Assembly: GCA_016212695.1 (NCBI GenBank) | Contig: JACREX010000048.1 | Location: 5,984-69,983 of the forward strand | Length of the DNA stretch: 64,000 nucleotides | Reading direction: 5' to 3' | DNA from: Bacteroidia bacterium | Lineage (GTDB): Bacteria > Bacteroidota > Bacteroidia > Bacteroidales > GWF2-35-48 | Part shown: positions 37,939-47,400 of the stretch, piece after piece | How the letters are laid out: each line of letters begins with the position of its first letter | Numbering within the stretch: position 1 is the stretch's first letter | The notes under the pieces: generated by a model | The model's input: the letters and a program-made list of their open reading frames with translations, nothing else | Databases searched by the model: none | What the model was told of the DNA's origin: nothing | Program-made: the position numbers and the translations under genes

Positions 37939-40209
37939 TCAACTTATACATTTTGCTTCAATCTCTTTGTTTTTATTTTTTATAATAAATTTTGAAATTC
38001 CTTTTTCACTTATATTAATATTGAATTCAACAAGGCTTATTCTTTTGCTGAATAATAAAGTTTCTGCCTGCGATTTCAGGGTAATCAGGGAAGGACTCAG
38101 ATCATTATCAACCGTTGAATATTCGAGGGTATAACAGGCTTTAATGAAAATATAGAAAGGCGCAATAAAGTCCTGCAGAAACAGCCCTGCTTTATTTACC
38201 AGCAGGTGTATAGGATAAATATCTGTCATTTTTAAATTTTTGTAATACCCAAATTGTATCTTATAAAAAGCAAGGAAAAAATAATACAGTAACGAAGTCT
38301 TATCACCTGTAAAATGACTGAAATAAAAAATATACCCGTCGTTTACAAAATAAGCATATGAATTTGTATCCCGGCAGTACATATAGGAATTGTTATTAAT
38401 ATCTGTGTAAATTTCCCATTCTGTGATTTCTGATTTCTGATTTCTGATTTGTGATTTGTCACACTGAGCCGTCGCCCTGAGCGCTCTGCTGAGCACAGCC
38501 GAAGCATTGTCGAAGGGGCAGTCGAAGTGTACTTCCCAGTTCAGTTTCTGTCCCGGTATGAAATGAAACGCTTTTGTCAGCAGTGTGTTTACTTCAATAT
38601 TTGAAATCACCTGTTTCTCAACCGGCTTGCTGAAAGACTCTAATTCGAATACATGGTCGTTCCTGTTTATATAATAACTGATAGGATAATCCAGCGTTTT
38701 GGAACCTATATATGGTGTGGACTGGATCTGGAAATGCAGGTGTGGATAGGGAGAACGCCCGGAATTTCCGCAATGCGCCACCGCCTGTCCCTGCCTTACA
38801 TATTCGCCTATATAAACTTTGAATGATCCGGTTTTCAGATGGCATAATTTTGTGTGAAGGAATTCGGCATGTTTGATAATAATCGTATTACCCCAGTTAT
38901 CAGTCGTATTTACATCATTGATTTTATTATCCTCTACTCCGTCAACAATATGAACCACATACCCGGCGGCAGGAGCCAGTACAAGTTTATCATAGCAGTA
39001 ATAATCTTCCAATTCATGGCCGGAACTTTTAAACGGTTTCTGATCGCTGTCTAATATCTCAAAGTCCCATGCATGTTTCCAGTCATCTTTGTGGGTATGC
39101 TTTCCGTTATGGCCCTGCGTAACATGCCACTCGCCCCAGAAAGGCAGTTTGATCGGAAAATAATACGCATTTCTAAATCGTTGCGTGGTATTCTGAAACG
39201 AATACAGGTTGACTTCAGGCGAACCCTGCTGCACATAAGGTTCTGTGAGAATGGGCGATTTAAAAAGACGCACTTTTATTACATATATAAATAACAGCAC
39301 GACAAAGTTAAAAGGAAGTGAAAAAATAAACAACTGGAAGATTCCGAATATTTTTGAAAAACTGATGGTGATCACTGTTACAACAGGCACCAGCAATACA
39401 GACCATAAATACGATAATCTTGACGGGATGAGAAAAAATCCTCCGATGGCAATACCCGTGAGAATATAATTAAACCCGATATAATTATAATTCATATCAG
39501 CTAACCGGGCGCCGATAAGTTCATAGAAAAAATAGGCGGTATAAAAATTTATAAGAGAAAGAGAGAATGCAATCCTAGAATAATACAGCAGGCCGATGGC
39601 GATCAGCAGCCCGGCAAGCATGTTATACTGGAAAAAAATAGCTCCCAGCGATATGAAGTAAACTCTCAGCGATTCAACGATTTCAAGGTTGGTCCACCAA
39701 ACGTACATGTCCACCAGGGAACTTCCGCCGATGGTATATAATTCATTCAGCTTATACAGCCCCCGGTCGCTGATTACAAGCGAATGAAATTCGCGTGAAG
39801 AAAGGGTTATAACCCAGAGTGCAATCAGGAACGGGATGCTCAGGTAAGGTAAATAATATTTGCCAATGACAGTTTCAAGTAAAATGGTGATAAAGAAACA
39901 TAAGGCTGAAATAACCAACAGTATCAGTATTACTTGAATACTCGGGCTGAAAGCAATGCCTATTCCAAGTCCGACCAAAAGGCTGTTAAAACTGTAATAA
40001 CCATGCCCGATCTTGTATCTGTCGAAACCCAGCCAATAAGCAAGCGCAATGGAAGCAAGCACGGAAAGCAATCCGCAAAGACCGGCAAACCAGTCGAAGA
40101 AAGTTACAAGCATCAGGATTATTGCAAACAGTCTTTTATCGGAGAAAAAAATCTGCGAATAACTGTTCAGTATCCCGCTTATAATATTTTTCAGGCTAAA
40201 ATCCCTCAC
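37939..40209 (-). CDS. Fusion protein: urea-transporter-like membrane domain plus M23 (LytM-type) metallopeptidase plus C-terminal domain of unknown function
   Basis: The N-terminal roughly 320 aa is polytopic, with UT-like motifs (ILNSYSQIFF, YYSFNSLLVGLGIG). M23 motifs: HAWDF (HxxxD) and SPYPHLHFQI (HxH), with GNTIIIKHAEFLHTKLCHL. Contains a 40-codon repeat-derived insertion. Confidence 0.75.
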   Translation of the reverse strand: MRDFSLKNIISGILNSYSQIFFSDKRLFAIILMLVTFFDWFAGLCGLLSVLASIALAYWLGFDRYKIGHGYYSFNSLLVGLGIGIAFSPSIQVILILLVISALCFFITILLETVIGKYYLPYLSIPFLIALWVITLSSREFHSLVISDRGLYKLNELYTIGGSSLVDMYVWWTNLEIVESLRVYFISLGAIFFQYNMLAGLLIAIGLLYYSRIAFSLSLINFYTAYFFYELIGARLADMNYNYIGFNYILTGIAIGGFFLIPSRLSYLWSVLLVPVVTVITISFSKIFGIFQLFIFSLPFNFVVLLFIYVIKVRLFKSPILTEPYVQQGSPEVNLYSFQNTTQRFRNAYYFPIKLPFWGEWHVTQGHNGKHTHKDDWKHAWDFEILDSDQKPFKSSGHELEDYYCYDKLVLAPAAGYVVHIVDGVEDNKINDVNTTDNWGNTIIIKHAEFLHTKLCHLKTGSFKVYIGEYVRQGQAVAHCGNSGRSPYPHLHFQIQSTPYIGSKTLDYPISYYINRNDHVFELESFSKPVEKQVISNIEVNTLLTKAFHFIPGQKLNWEVHFDCPFDNASAVLSRALRATAQCDKSQIRNQKSEITEWEIYTDINNNSYMYCRDTNSYAYFVNDGYIFYFSHFTGDKTSLLYYFFLAFYKIQFGYYKNLKMTDIYPIHLLVNKAGLFLQDFIAPFYIFIKACYTLEYSTVDNDLSPSLITLKSQAETLLFSKRISLVEFNINISEKGISKFIIKNKNKEIEAKCIS
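38419..38538. mobile_element. 120-nt in-frame repeat-element insertion inside the M23 fusion gene (114-nt insert plus one copy of a TTCCCA direct repeat)
   Basis: TTCCCA occurs at 38413-38418 and 38533-38538, exactly 120 nt apart. The interior has five TGATTT[C/G] heptamers plus CCCTGAGC / GTCGAAGGGG / GTCGAAGTGT words, which are shared with the intergenic repeat at 2236-2305. Confidence 0.5.
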
Positions 40210-40400
40210 GAATTTCTAAATTTTAAATCGAGCTAAATTTTTTTTTACAAATATTCAAAATTACTCTTTTTTTGGTGTTATAAAATTTTGAAAAAATATT
40301 ATATAATTATAACCTTTGAAAAATTTCATAAGTTTATGCTTTGTTTTTTTATTAATCTTGTTGATTCTTTTACAGGAGGCAGTATTGACCGCAGAAATTT

Positions 40401-41684
40401 ATGAATATAAAATTAATGCTTGACATTGACCGGGAACACATCTGGCATCCGTATACATCGCTGACAGTTCCGTTGCCTGTTTACTTAGTGAAATCGGCAC
40501 AGGGCGTTTATATCGAACTGGAAGACGGAAGAAAACTTATAGACGGAATGTCTTCGTGGTGGTCGGCAATTCATGGATATAATCATCCTGTGTTGAATAA
40601 AGCGTTAACCGACCAGTTGCATAAAATGTCGCATATAATGTTTGGCGGATTAACACATGAACCGGCCATTGAGTTTACTCAAAAACTCTTACGGATTACA
40701 CCGGAGAAATTACAAAAAATATTTTATTGCGATTCCGGCTCTGTTGCTGTGGAAGTGGCCATGAAAATGGCCTTGCAGTACTGGTATGCAAAAGGTAACA
40801 AGCAAAAAAATAAATTTCTGACCCTGCGTTCGGGCTATCATGGCGATACCTGGCATGCCATGTCTGTATGCGATCCTGTAACCGGTATGCATTCGATTTT
40901 CAGCGACAGGTTGCCGGAACAGGTTTTTATCCCGTCTCCCCGTAGTAAATTTGATGAGCCGCTTTGCGATGAAGATAAACTGAATATTAAAAAAGCGATT
41001 GCTGATAATAAACACAGCATTGCCGCAGTGATACTTGAGCCTGTTGTACAGGGAGCAGGAGGCATGAAGTTTTATTCTCCGGGCTATTTAAAATATGTAA
41101 GACAATTGTGTGATGAAAACAATATTTTATTGATTTTCGATGAAATTGCCACAGGTTTCGGTCGCACCGGAAAATTATTCGCCTGTGAACATTCACACAC
41201 TTCGCCGGATATCATGTGCATAGGCAAAGCCATTACAGGCGGATATATGAGCTTTGCTGCAATGCTTGCCACAACAGAAGTAGCGCAAACAGTTTGTTCA
41301 GGAAATCCCGGAGTTTTTATGCATGGGCCAACATTCATGGGCAACCCGCTGGCATGCTCAGTGGCCAATGCAAATATCGGCCTGCTTGAAAATTCACAAT
41401 GGCAGGAAAAAGTTCTTGGTATGGAAATGCAACTGAAAAATGAACTTTTCGCAGCTAAAAATATCGAAGGAGTCGAAGATGTACGCTGCCTTGGCGCTAT
41501 TGGTGTTGTAGAGATGAAACAACCTGTTGATATGGCAAAAATTCAACCCCTGTTCGTGAATGAAGGCGTTTGGATCAGACCCTTTGGCAAGCTCATTTAT
41601 ATAATGCCTCCTTACATTATTGAAAAAGACGAATTGTCAAAACTTATTACCGCAATAATTCGGGTAATAAAAAAGATTGTGTAA
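40401..41684 (+). CDS. bioA: Adenosylmethionine-8-amino-7-oxononanoate aminotransferase
   Basis: 427 aa class-III aminotransferase. Motifs [20 protein letters not shown] and the PLP-lysine context [10 protein letters not shown]. Sits in a bioA-bioF-bioD row. Confidence 0.93.
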   Translation: MNIKLMLDIDREHIWHPYTSLTVPLPVYLVKSAQGVYIELEDGRKLIDGMSSWWSAIHGYNHPVLNKALTDQLHKMSHIMFGGLTHEPAIEFTQKLLRITPEKLQKIFYCDSGSVAVEVAMKMALQYWYAKGNKQKNKFLTLRSGYHGDTWHAMSVCDPVTGMHSIFSDRLPEQVFIPSPRSKFDEPLCDEDKLNIKKAIADNKHSIAAVILEPVVQGAGGMKFYSPGYLKYVRQLCDENNILLIFDEIATGFGRTGKLFACEHSHTSPDIMCIGKAITGGYMSFAAMLATTEVAQTVCSGNPGVFMHGPTFMGNPLACSVANANIGLLENSQWQEKVLGMEMQLKNELFAAKNIEGVEDVRCLGAIGVVEMKQPVDMAKIQPLFVNEGVWIRPFGKLIYIMPPYIIEKDELSKLITAIIRVIKKIV

Positions 41685-41696
41685 AAAATTATATAA

Positions 41697-42854
41697 ATGG
41701 ATAATTTTTATAAAAAAATTCTGGAAGATATTGAAGAAAAGGGAAACCTTCGCAAACTGGTGAATACCTGCCAAACCGGAAGTTTTATAACAGTGAATGG
41801 TAAACAATATCTGAATTTTTCATCCAATGATTATTTGGGGATTGCATCCGATAAAGAAATCGTAAAGAAATTTTTCATTCAAATTAAAAATACGGATCAT
41901 CTCTTCGGAACTCCTTCTTCAAGATTGCTCACAGGTAATCATCCGGCGTATGAAAAACTGGAATCATTAATGACGGATTTGTTCCGGAAGGAAGCGTGCC
42001 TTGTTTATAACAGCGGTTATCATGCCAATATCGGGATATTGCCTGCTCTTGCAGGAAAAAAGGATATGATTCTTGCAGACAAATTCGTTCATGCCAGTAT
42101 CATAGACGGAATTAAACTGGCAGGCTGTGATTTTTTCCGCTATAAACACTTAGATTTTTCGCATCTTGAATCATACCTGAAAAAATACCGGTCAAAATAT
42201 GATAAAGTTTTTGTTGTTACCGAGTCAGTATTCAGTATGGATGGAGACCTTGCCGATCTGCCTGCATTGGTGGAATTGAAAAAGAAATACGATTTCGCAA
42301 TTTATTTAGACGAAGCGCATGCTTTCGGCGTTTTCGGGAAAAGCGGGTTAGGGCTTGCCGAACAGATGAACTGCATCGGCGATATGGATTTATTGATGGG
42401 AACATTTGGAAAAGCAGCGGCATCGCAGGGAGCATTTGTCGTTTGTTCAAAAGTAATCAAAGAATTTCTGGTTAATCATTCCCGTTCGCTTATATTTACA
42501 ACTGCATTGCCCCAGGTAAATGTGATGTGGACTGAGTATATACTACGGTTGATTTTAAACATGCAACATAAGCGTGATCACCTGTTCAGCCTTGTCGGTT
42601 ATTTTAAAAAGGCTCTGGAGGAATCAGGAAAAAACAGTACATCCTGCAGTCAGATCATTCCTTATATAGTTGGTGAAAATAAAAATTGCATAGCGTTATC
42701 TGAGAAACTAAAAAGCGCCGGATTCTGGTGCATGCCTGTTCGATATCCTACTGTACCTGCAGGAACAGCGCGTATCCGGTTTTCGCTTTCTGCAACCATG
42801 ACTTTTGACATTTTAAATAATTTGATTGCTGAATTACAAAGCATGCAGAAATAA
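41697..42854 (+). CDS. bioF: 8-amino-7-oxononanoate synthase
   Basis: 385 aa. Motifs SNDYLG, DEAHAFGVFG and the PLP-lysine motif GTFGKAAA. Flanked by bioA and bioD. Confidence 0.9.
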   Translation: MDNFYKKILEDIEEKGNLRKLVNTCQTGSFITVNGKQYLNFSSNDYLGIASDKEIVKKFFIQIKNTDHLFGTPSSRLLTGNHPAYEKLESLMTDLFRKEACLVYNSGYHANIGILPALAGKKDMILADKFVHASIIDGIKLAGCDFFRYKHLDFSHLESYLKKYRSKYDKVFVVTESVFSMDGDLADLPALVELKKKYDFAIYLDEAHAFGVFGKSGLGLAEQMNCIGDMDLLMGTFGKAAASQGAFVVCSKVIKEFLVNHSRSLIFTTALPQVNVMWTEYILRLILNMQHKRDHLFSLVGYFKKALEESGKNSTSCSQIIPYIVGENKNCIALSEKLKSAGFWCMPVRYPTVPAGTARIRFSLSATMTFDILNNLIAELQSMQK

Positions 42855-42874
42855 ATAATGAAGAGGAAGATGTA

Positions 42875-43519
42875 ATGTCAGGAAAAACATATTTTGTAAG
42901 CGGTATTGATACCGGGGTAGGGAAGTCAGTTACCACAGGTTTTCTGGCTCTGCAATTAAAAAATGAGGGGAAAAAAGTCATAACGCAGAAGATGGTGCAG
43001 ACCGGATGCAATGGCACATCTGAAGACATTTTGCTTCATCGCCGGATCATGAATGAGGAATTAAACGAATTTGACAGGCAGGGGTTAACATGCCCGTATA
43101 TTTTTCGTCATCCTTCATCACCGCACCTGGCAGCATCTTTGGAAAATACTGTGATTGATACACAAAAAATAACCATGGCAACCGGGCAGCTTGAACAGCA
43201 TTTTGAGATTGTTTTACTCGAAGGCGCAGGCGGTTTGTTTGTTCCGCTTCATAATCGGTTTTTTATCATAGATTATATTCAGCGGCAAAATTACCCTGTG
43301 ATACTTGTAACATCGCCAAGGCTTGGCAGTATCAATCTTACATTGCAATGTATCAATATTTGCAGGGAGAGAAAAATTGATATTGTGAATCTTGTATTTA
43401 ATAATTTCCCTGAAACAGATCCGTTAATTTTCAACAGCACAAAGAAATTTTTTCAGGAATATTTAAAAGAATTTTTACATGGATGTGATTTCACAGAAAT
43501 TCCGGTTTTAAATGTGTAA
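42875..43519 (+). CDS. bioD: Dethiobiotin synthase
   Basis: 214 aa. P-loop GIDTGVGKS and LLEGAGG motif. Confidence 0.9.
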   Translation: MSGKTYFVSGIDTGVGKSVTTGFLALQLKNEGKKVITQKMVQTGCNGTSEDILLHRRIMNEELNEFDRQGLTCPYIFRHPSSPHLAASLENTVIDTQKITMATGQLEQHFEIVLLEGAGGLFVPLHNRFFIIDYIQRQNYPVILVTSPRLGSINLTLQCINICRERKIDIVNLVFNNFPETDPLIFNSTKKFFQEYLKEFLHGCDFTEIPVLNV

Positions 43520-43612
43520 TTCATCAGCTTATACTTATTTTTGCTATTTAAGATATCATTTTGCATTTTTATTAAGCAACCACAGACCTTGCTGATAATA
43601 TCTGAATTATTA

Positions 43613-44188
43613 ATGAATCGGATTATACAAACTGCAGGTCATGTATTAGATGAGCTACGGGGATATGTAATTCATTCTTTACAACAAAAAGGAATTTCCG
43701 GCGAACAGAAGGATGGGATGGATGTGGCATTTGTTGCAATTAACCTCAGCCCTCAGACCACACAGGTTTCGCTTTGCTCTATGCCGGGTAAAACCTGTGT
43801 GGTCTACACCGCTCAATATGCCGGGGCGAATAATCCTGTGTACATTGTAGAGACGGGACATGTCCCGCCGTCTCTACGAGAAATTCGCCCCGACAAAATG
43901 TCCGTAGCCATCCATGAAACCATGCAGCCCTTTACAAATCATAGTATCAAATTACAAAAAGGCGACACGATCTATCTGATAAGCGACGGTTATGCGGATC
44001 AGTTCGGCGGGCCGAAAGGAAAAAAATTTTATGAAATACAATTCAAAGAAATGATATTGGCCAATAGTCATTTGTCAATGGAAAAGCAAAAAGAAATTCT
44101 TGATAAAACCATTGAGGAGTGGAAAAATGGTAATGCTGAAAAATACGACCAAACGGATGATATCACTGTTTTAGGAATTAAAATATAA
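43613..44188 (+). pseudogene. C-terminal half of a SpoIIE/PP2C-type phosphatase domain (N-terminal half missing)
   Basis: Contains KDGMDVAFVAIN, YAGANNPVYIV, LISDGYADQFGG and TDDITVLGIKI (late PP2C motifs). It lacks the upstream metal-binding DxxGHG region. It begins immediately after bioD and contains a palindromic hairpin at 43847-43877. Confidence 0.5.
43847..43877. repeat. Palindromic GTAGAGACGG..CCGTCTCTAC hairpin element inside the PP2C fragment
   Basis: GTAGAGACGG (43847-43856) is the reverse complement of CCGTCTCTAC (43868-43877). The interior GACATGTC is itself palindromic. Confidence 0.7.
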
Positions 44189-44230
44189 GAGAAGAGTTCG
44201 ATAACAAATTACTTTAGATATAAAAGAATA

Positions 44231-44404
44231 ATGAACAGAACAAACAAGTTGATTCATTTGACGCATTTTGAAACGCCTCTGGGTACAATGGTTGCCGGGG
44301 CTGTTGAGGAAGGCGTCTGCCTGCTTGAATTTTCCGACAGAAAAATTCTGGATAAAGAATTAAATTTTTTCCCCGTTTCTCAATTCTTCTTTAGTTTTTT
44401 TTAA
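44231..44404 (+). pseudogene. N-terminal fragment of a methylated-DNA-protein-cysteine methyltransferase (Ogt/Ada-like) gene
   Basis: 57-codon ORF MNRTNKLIHLTHFETPLGTMVAGAVEEGVCLLEFSDRKILDKEL.. matches the typical N-terminal domain pattern (F.TPLG.m.a......G.c.LeF.DR), then degenerates into FFPVSQFFFSFF and stops. The catalytic PCHR region is absent. Confidence 0.45.
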
Positions 44405-44438
44405 TTTTAGAGTTTGTTTTTAATTAATAAATTCTACC

Positions 44439-47400
44439 ATGAAATTCATCGGCGATTTCCATATTCATTCTCATTACTCCCTTGCAACAAGCGGCGAACT
44501 GATCCCTGAATTCCTTGATTACTGGGCAAGGATCAAAGGCATCAAAGTTATCGGAACAGGCGACTTTACCCACCCGAAATGGACCAAAGAATTACAGGAA
44601 AAAACCGAGCCTGCGGAACAGGGCCTCTATAAAATCAAAAACAGTTTCAGAAAAGAAATTCCTTTTAAAATTCCGAATATTGACGATGAAACCCGTTTTT
44701 TACTGACTACTGAAATCAGTTGCATTTATAAGAAACAGGGGAAGGTGCGCAAGGTGCACAATGTGATTTTTGCAAAAGATTTTGAAACTGTTGAAAAGAT
44801 ACAACGCCAGTTGCAGAAATTAAATTTCAACATCACATCCGACGGAAGGCCCATCCTGGGCATGGATTCGAAAAACCTTCTTGAACTGCTGCTGAATATA
44901 AATGAAAATATTTTCTTTGTCCCGGCGCACATCTGGACGCCATGGTTCTCTGTGCTGGGCGATAAATCGGGCTTTGAAACCATAGAAGAATGTTTTGATG
45001 ATCTCACAAAATATATTCATGCGGTTGAAATGGGTTTGTCGAGCCACCCGCCGATGAACTGGGCTGTGAGCTTCCTTGATAAATATACCTTACTAGCAAA
45101 CTCCGATGCCCACTCCCCTGAGAAGCTCGGTAGAAATGCCAATATCCTTGATTCAGCGCTGTCTTATAATGATATTATAAATACAATTAAAACAGGCGAT
45201 AAATTTTTAGGTACCGTGAGCTTCTTTCCGCAGGAAGGGAAATATCATTTCGACGGGCATCGTAAATGCAATATTTGCTGGAGCCCTCTTGAAACATTGA
45301 AACATAACGGCATCTGCCCGGTGTGCAACAAAAAAGTGGTGGTTGGCGTTATGAACCGCGTAGCGCAGCTTGCCGACCGGGATAATATCCTTGACCGCCC
45401 GAACCGCCGTCCTTTTTATTCCCTGATCCCGCTAAAAGAGATATTGGCCGAACTAACCGGGAAGGGCGGGAACACAAAAGACGTTGTGAAAAATTATCAA
45501 AACCTTTTGCAAAAAGCAGGGCCGGAATTTGACCTGTTATTAAATATTCCCATTGATGAAATCAAAAAAATTGCCTGCGGGCAGATTGCCGAAGCCATCC
45601 GCAGGATGAGGAACGGAGAAGTTTATATACAGGAAGGTTATGATGGCGAATTCGGTATCATTAAAGTAATGCACAAAGATGAAAAAAGCCTTGCCCCGCA
45701 TCCGGATTCATTATTCGGCAACCGGAAAACCGCTGTTGAAAAACCCGCGCAGAAACTGATTAATTTCGATCTGAAAGAATATCAAAAACTAAAACATGTG
45801 GTGAGCATGGCCGAACCATCCCAAAAACCGCAACCCGTCGTTGAGAATACGGTTGCAGAAAAAAACACAGAAAACAAATACGGCTTAAACAAAGAGCAAA
45901 ATGCAGCCGTTGAACACAACTCGGGACCTGCGCTGATCATTGCCGGACCCGGTACGGGGAAGACGCGGGCGCTCACTTACAGAATCGCTTATCTAATAAA
46001 TTCCTGCTGTATTGCTCCTGGAAATATTCTTGCGGTAACGTTTACAAACAAAGCGGCAGAAGAGATAAAAAAACGCGTTGAAGAAATTTTTGAATATAAA
46101 AAAACTGCAGATGCAGTCAGCGTTTCAACATTTCATGCACTGGGACTGTCCGTCTTGAAAAAAAATTTTGAAAAAACAGGGAGAGATAAGGAGTTTATTA
46201 TTATTGATGATAACGATAAAGAGCAACTGTTTTTCCATGAAAGTTTTGATAAAAAACAGGCGAAAAAAATTATTTCTTCCATCTCTGAAGCCAAGCAGAA
46301 TATGCTTACGGCAGAAACAATAAAAGATAAAGAAGACGCTCAGTTATTTGCCCGGTACGAAGAAGCCCTGAAAAATATAAATGCTTTCGATCTCGACGAC
46401 TTGGTGTATCAACCGGTTCTGCTGTTTGAAAAAGAACCGCAAATTCTGAATGAGTGCAGGGAAAAATATCAATGGATGATGATTGATGAATACCAGGACA
46501 CAAATTTTGCACAGTACCGGTTCACCCGGCTGCTGATGCCGGATGCGCAATCAAACCTTTGTGTTATCGGCGATCCCAACCAGGCTATTTACGGGTTCCG
46601 CGGCGCGGATGTGAAATACATCCGGCAGTTTATCGCCGATTTTCCCGGCGCAAAAGTTTTCCGGCTCACCAAAAGTTACCGCTGTTCCGACCGTATCCTG
46701 AAAGCATCTGAAGAAATCATTCAGGGCAAGGTGGTACAAAGTATGCTCAGCGGTCTGCAGAAAGGGATTAAACTTAAAATAGCGCAACACCCGTCTGATA
46801 AAAGCGAGGCTGAATTCATAGCCCGCGCCATTGAAAACATGATCGGCGGCCTGCGTTTCTTTTCCATAGACAGCAATATTGCCGAAGGAAACGAAGAATC
46901 CGAAATCAAAAGCCTGTCTGATTTTGTGGTTCTCTGCAGGATGAAAGATCAGTTCAAAGCTATTGAAAAAGCATTCAATGATCACAGTATTCCCTACCAG
47001 GTTATCGGCGACACTCCTTTTTTCAGGCAGGATCCGGTGCGCTCTGTTCTCGACATTTTAAAAACATCGGTTCATACCCAAAATAATTTCCTTGTTGAAA
47101 AATTATCGGCGAATAAAAAAATCAGAAAGATTGATTTTGGATGGCTGAAGAAAACCGCTAAAGGCAAAACCGTTAAAGAACTGATATCAGCAATTATCGA
47201 ACATTCCTTTGTTTCAGAAAAAGAGACGCACGAAAGTTCATTTAAAAAACTGATGGATTTTGCAGACTCGTTTAATAACCGTATTGATGATTTTATTGAA
47301 TTTACTGCATTAGGAACCGCTACCGATCTATACATACCATCTATTGAAAATGTTACGCTGATGACTCTTCATGCTGCAAAAGGGCTCGAATTCAAATGTG

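Noticed and set aside
40277-40313. Inverted repeat GTTATAA-N23-TTATAAC upstream of bioA as a BirA/biotin operator.
   Set aside because: There are only 7 matching bases per arm in very AT-rich DNA. As I recall, known BirA operators have a spacer of roughly 14-16 nt, shorter than the 23 nt here. This cannot be distinguished from chance without a comparative alignment.
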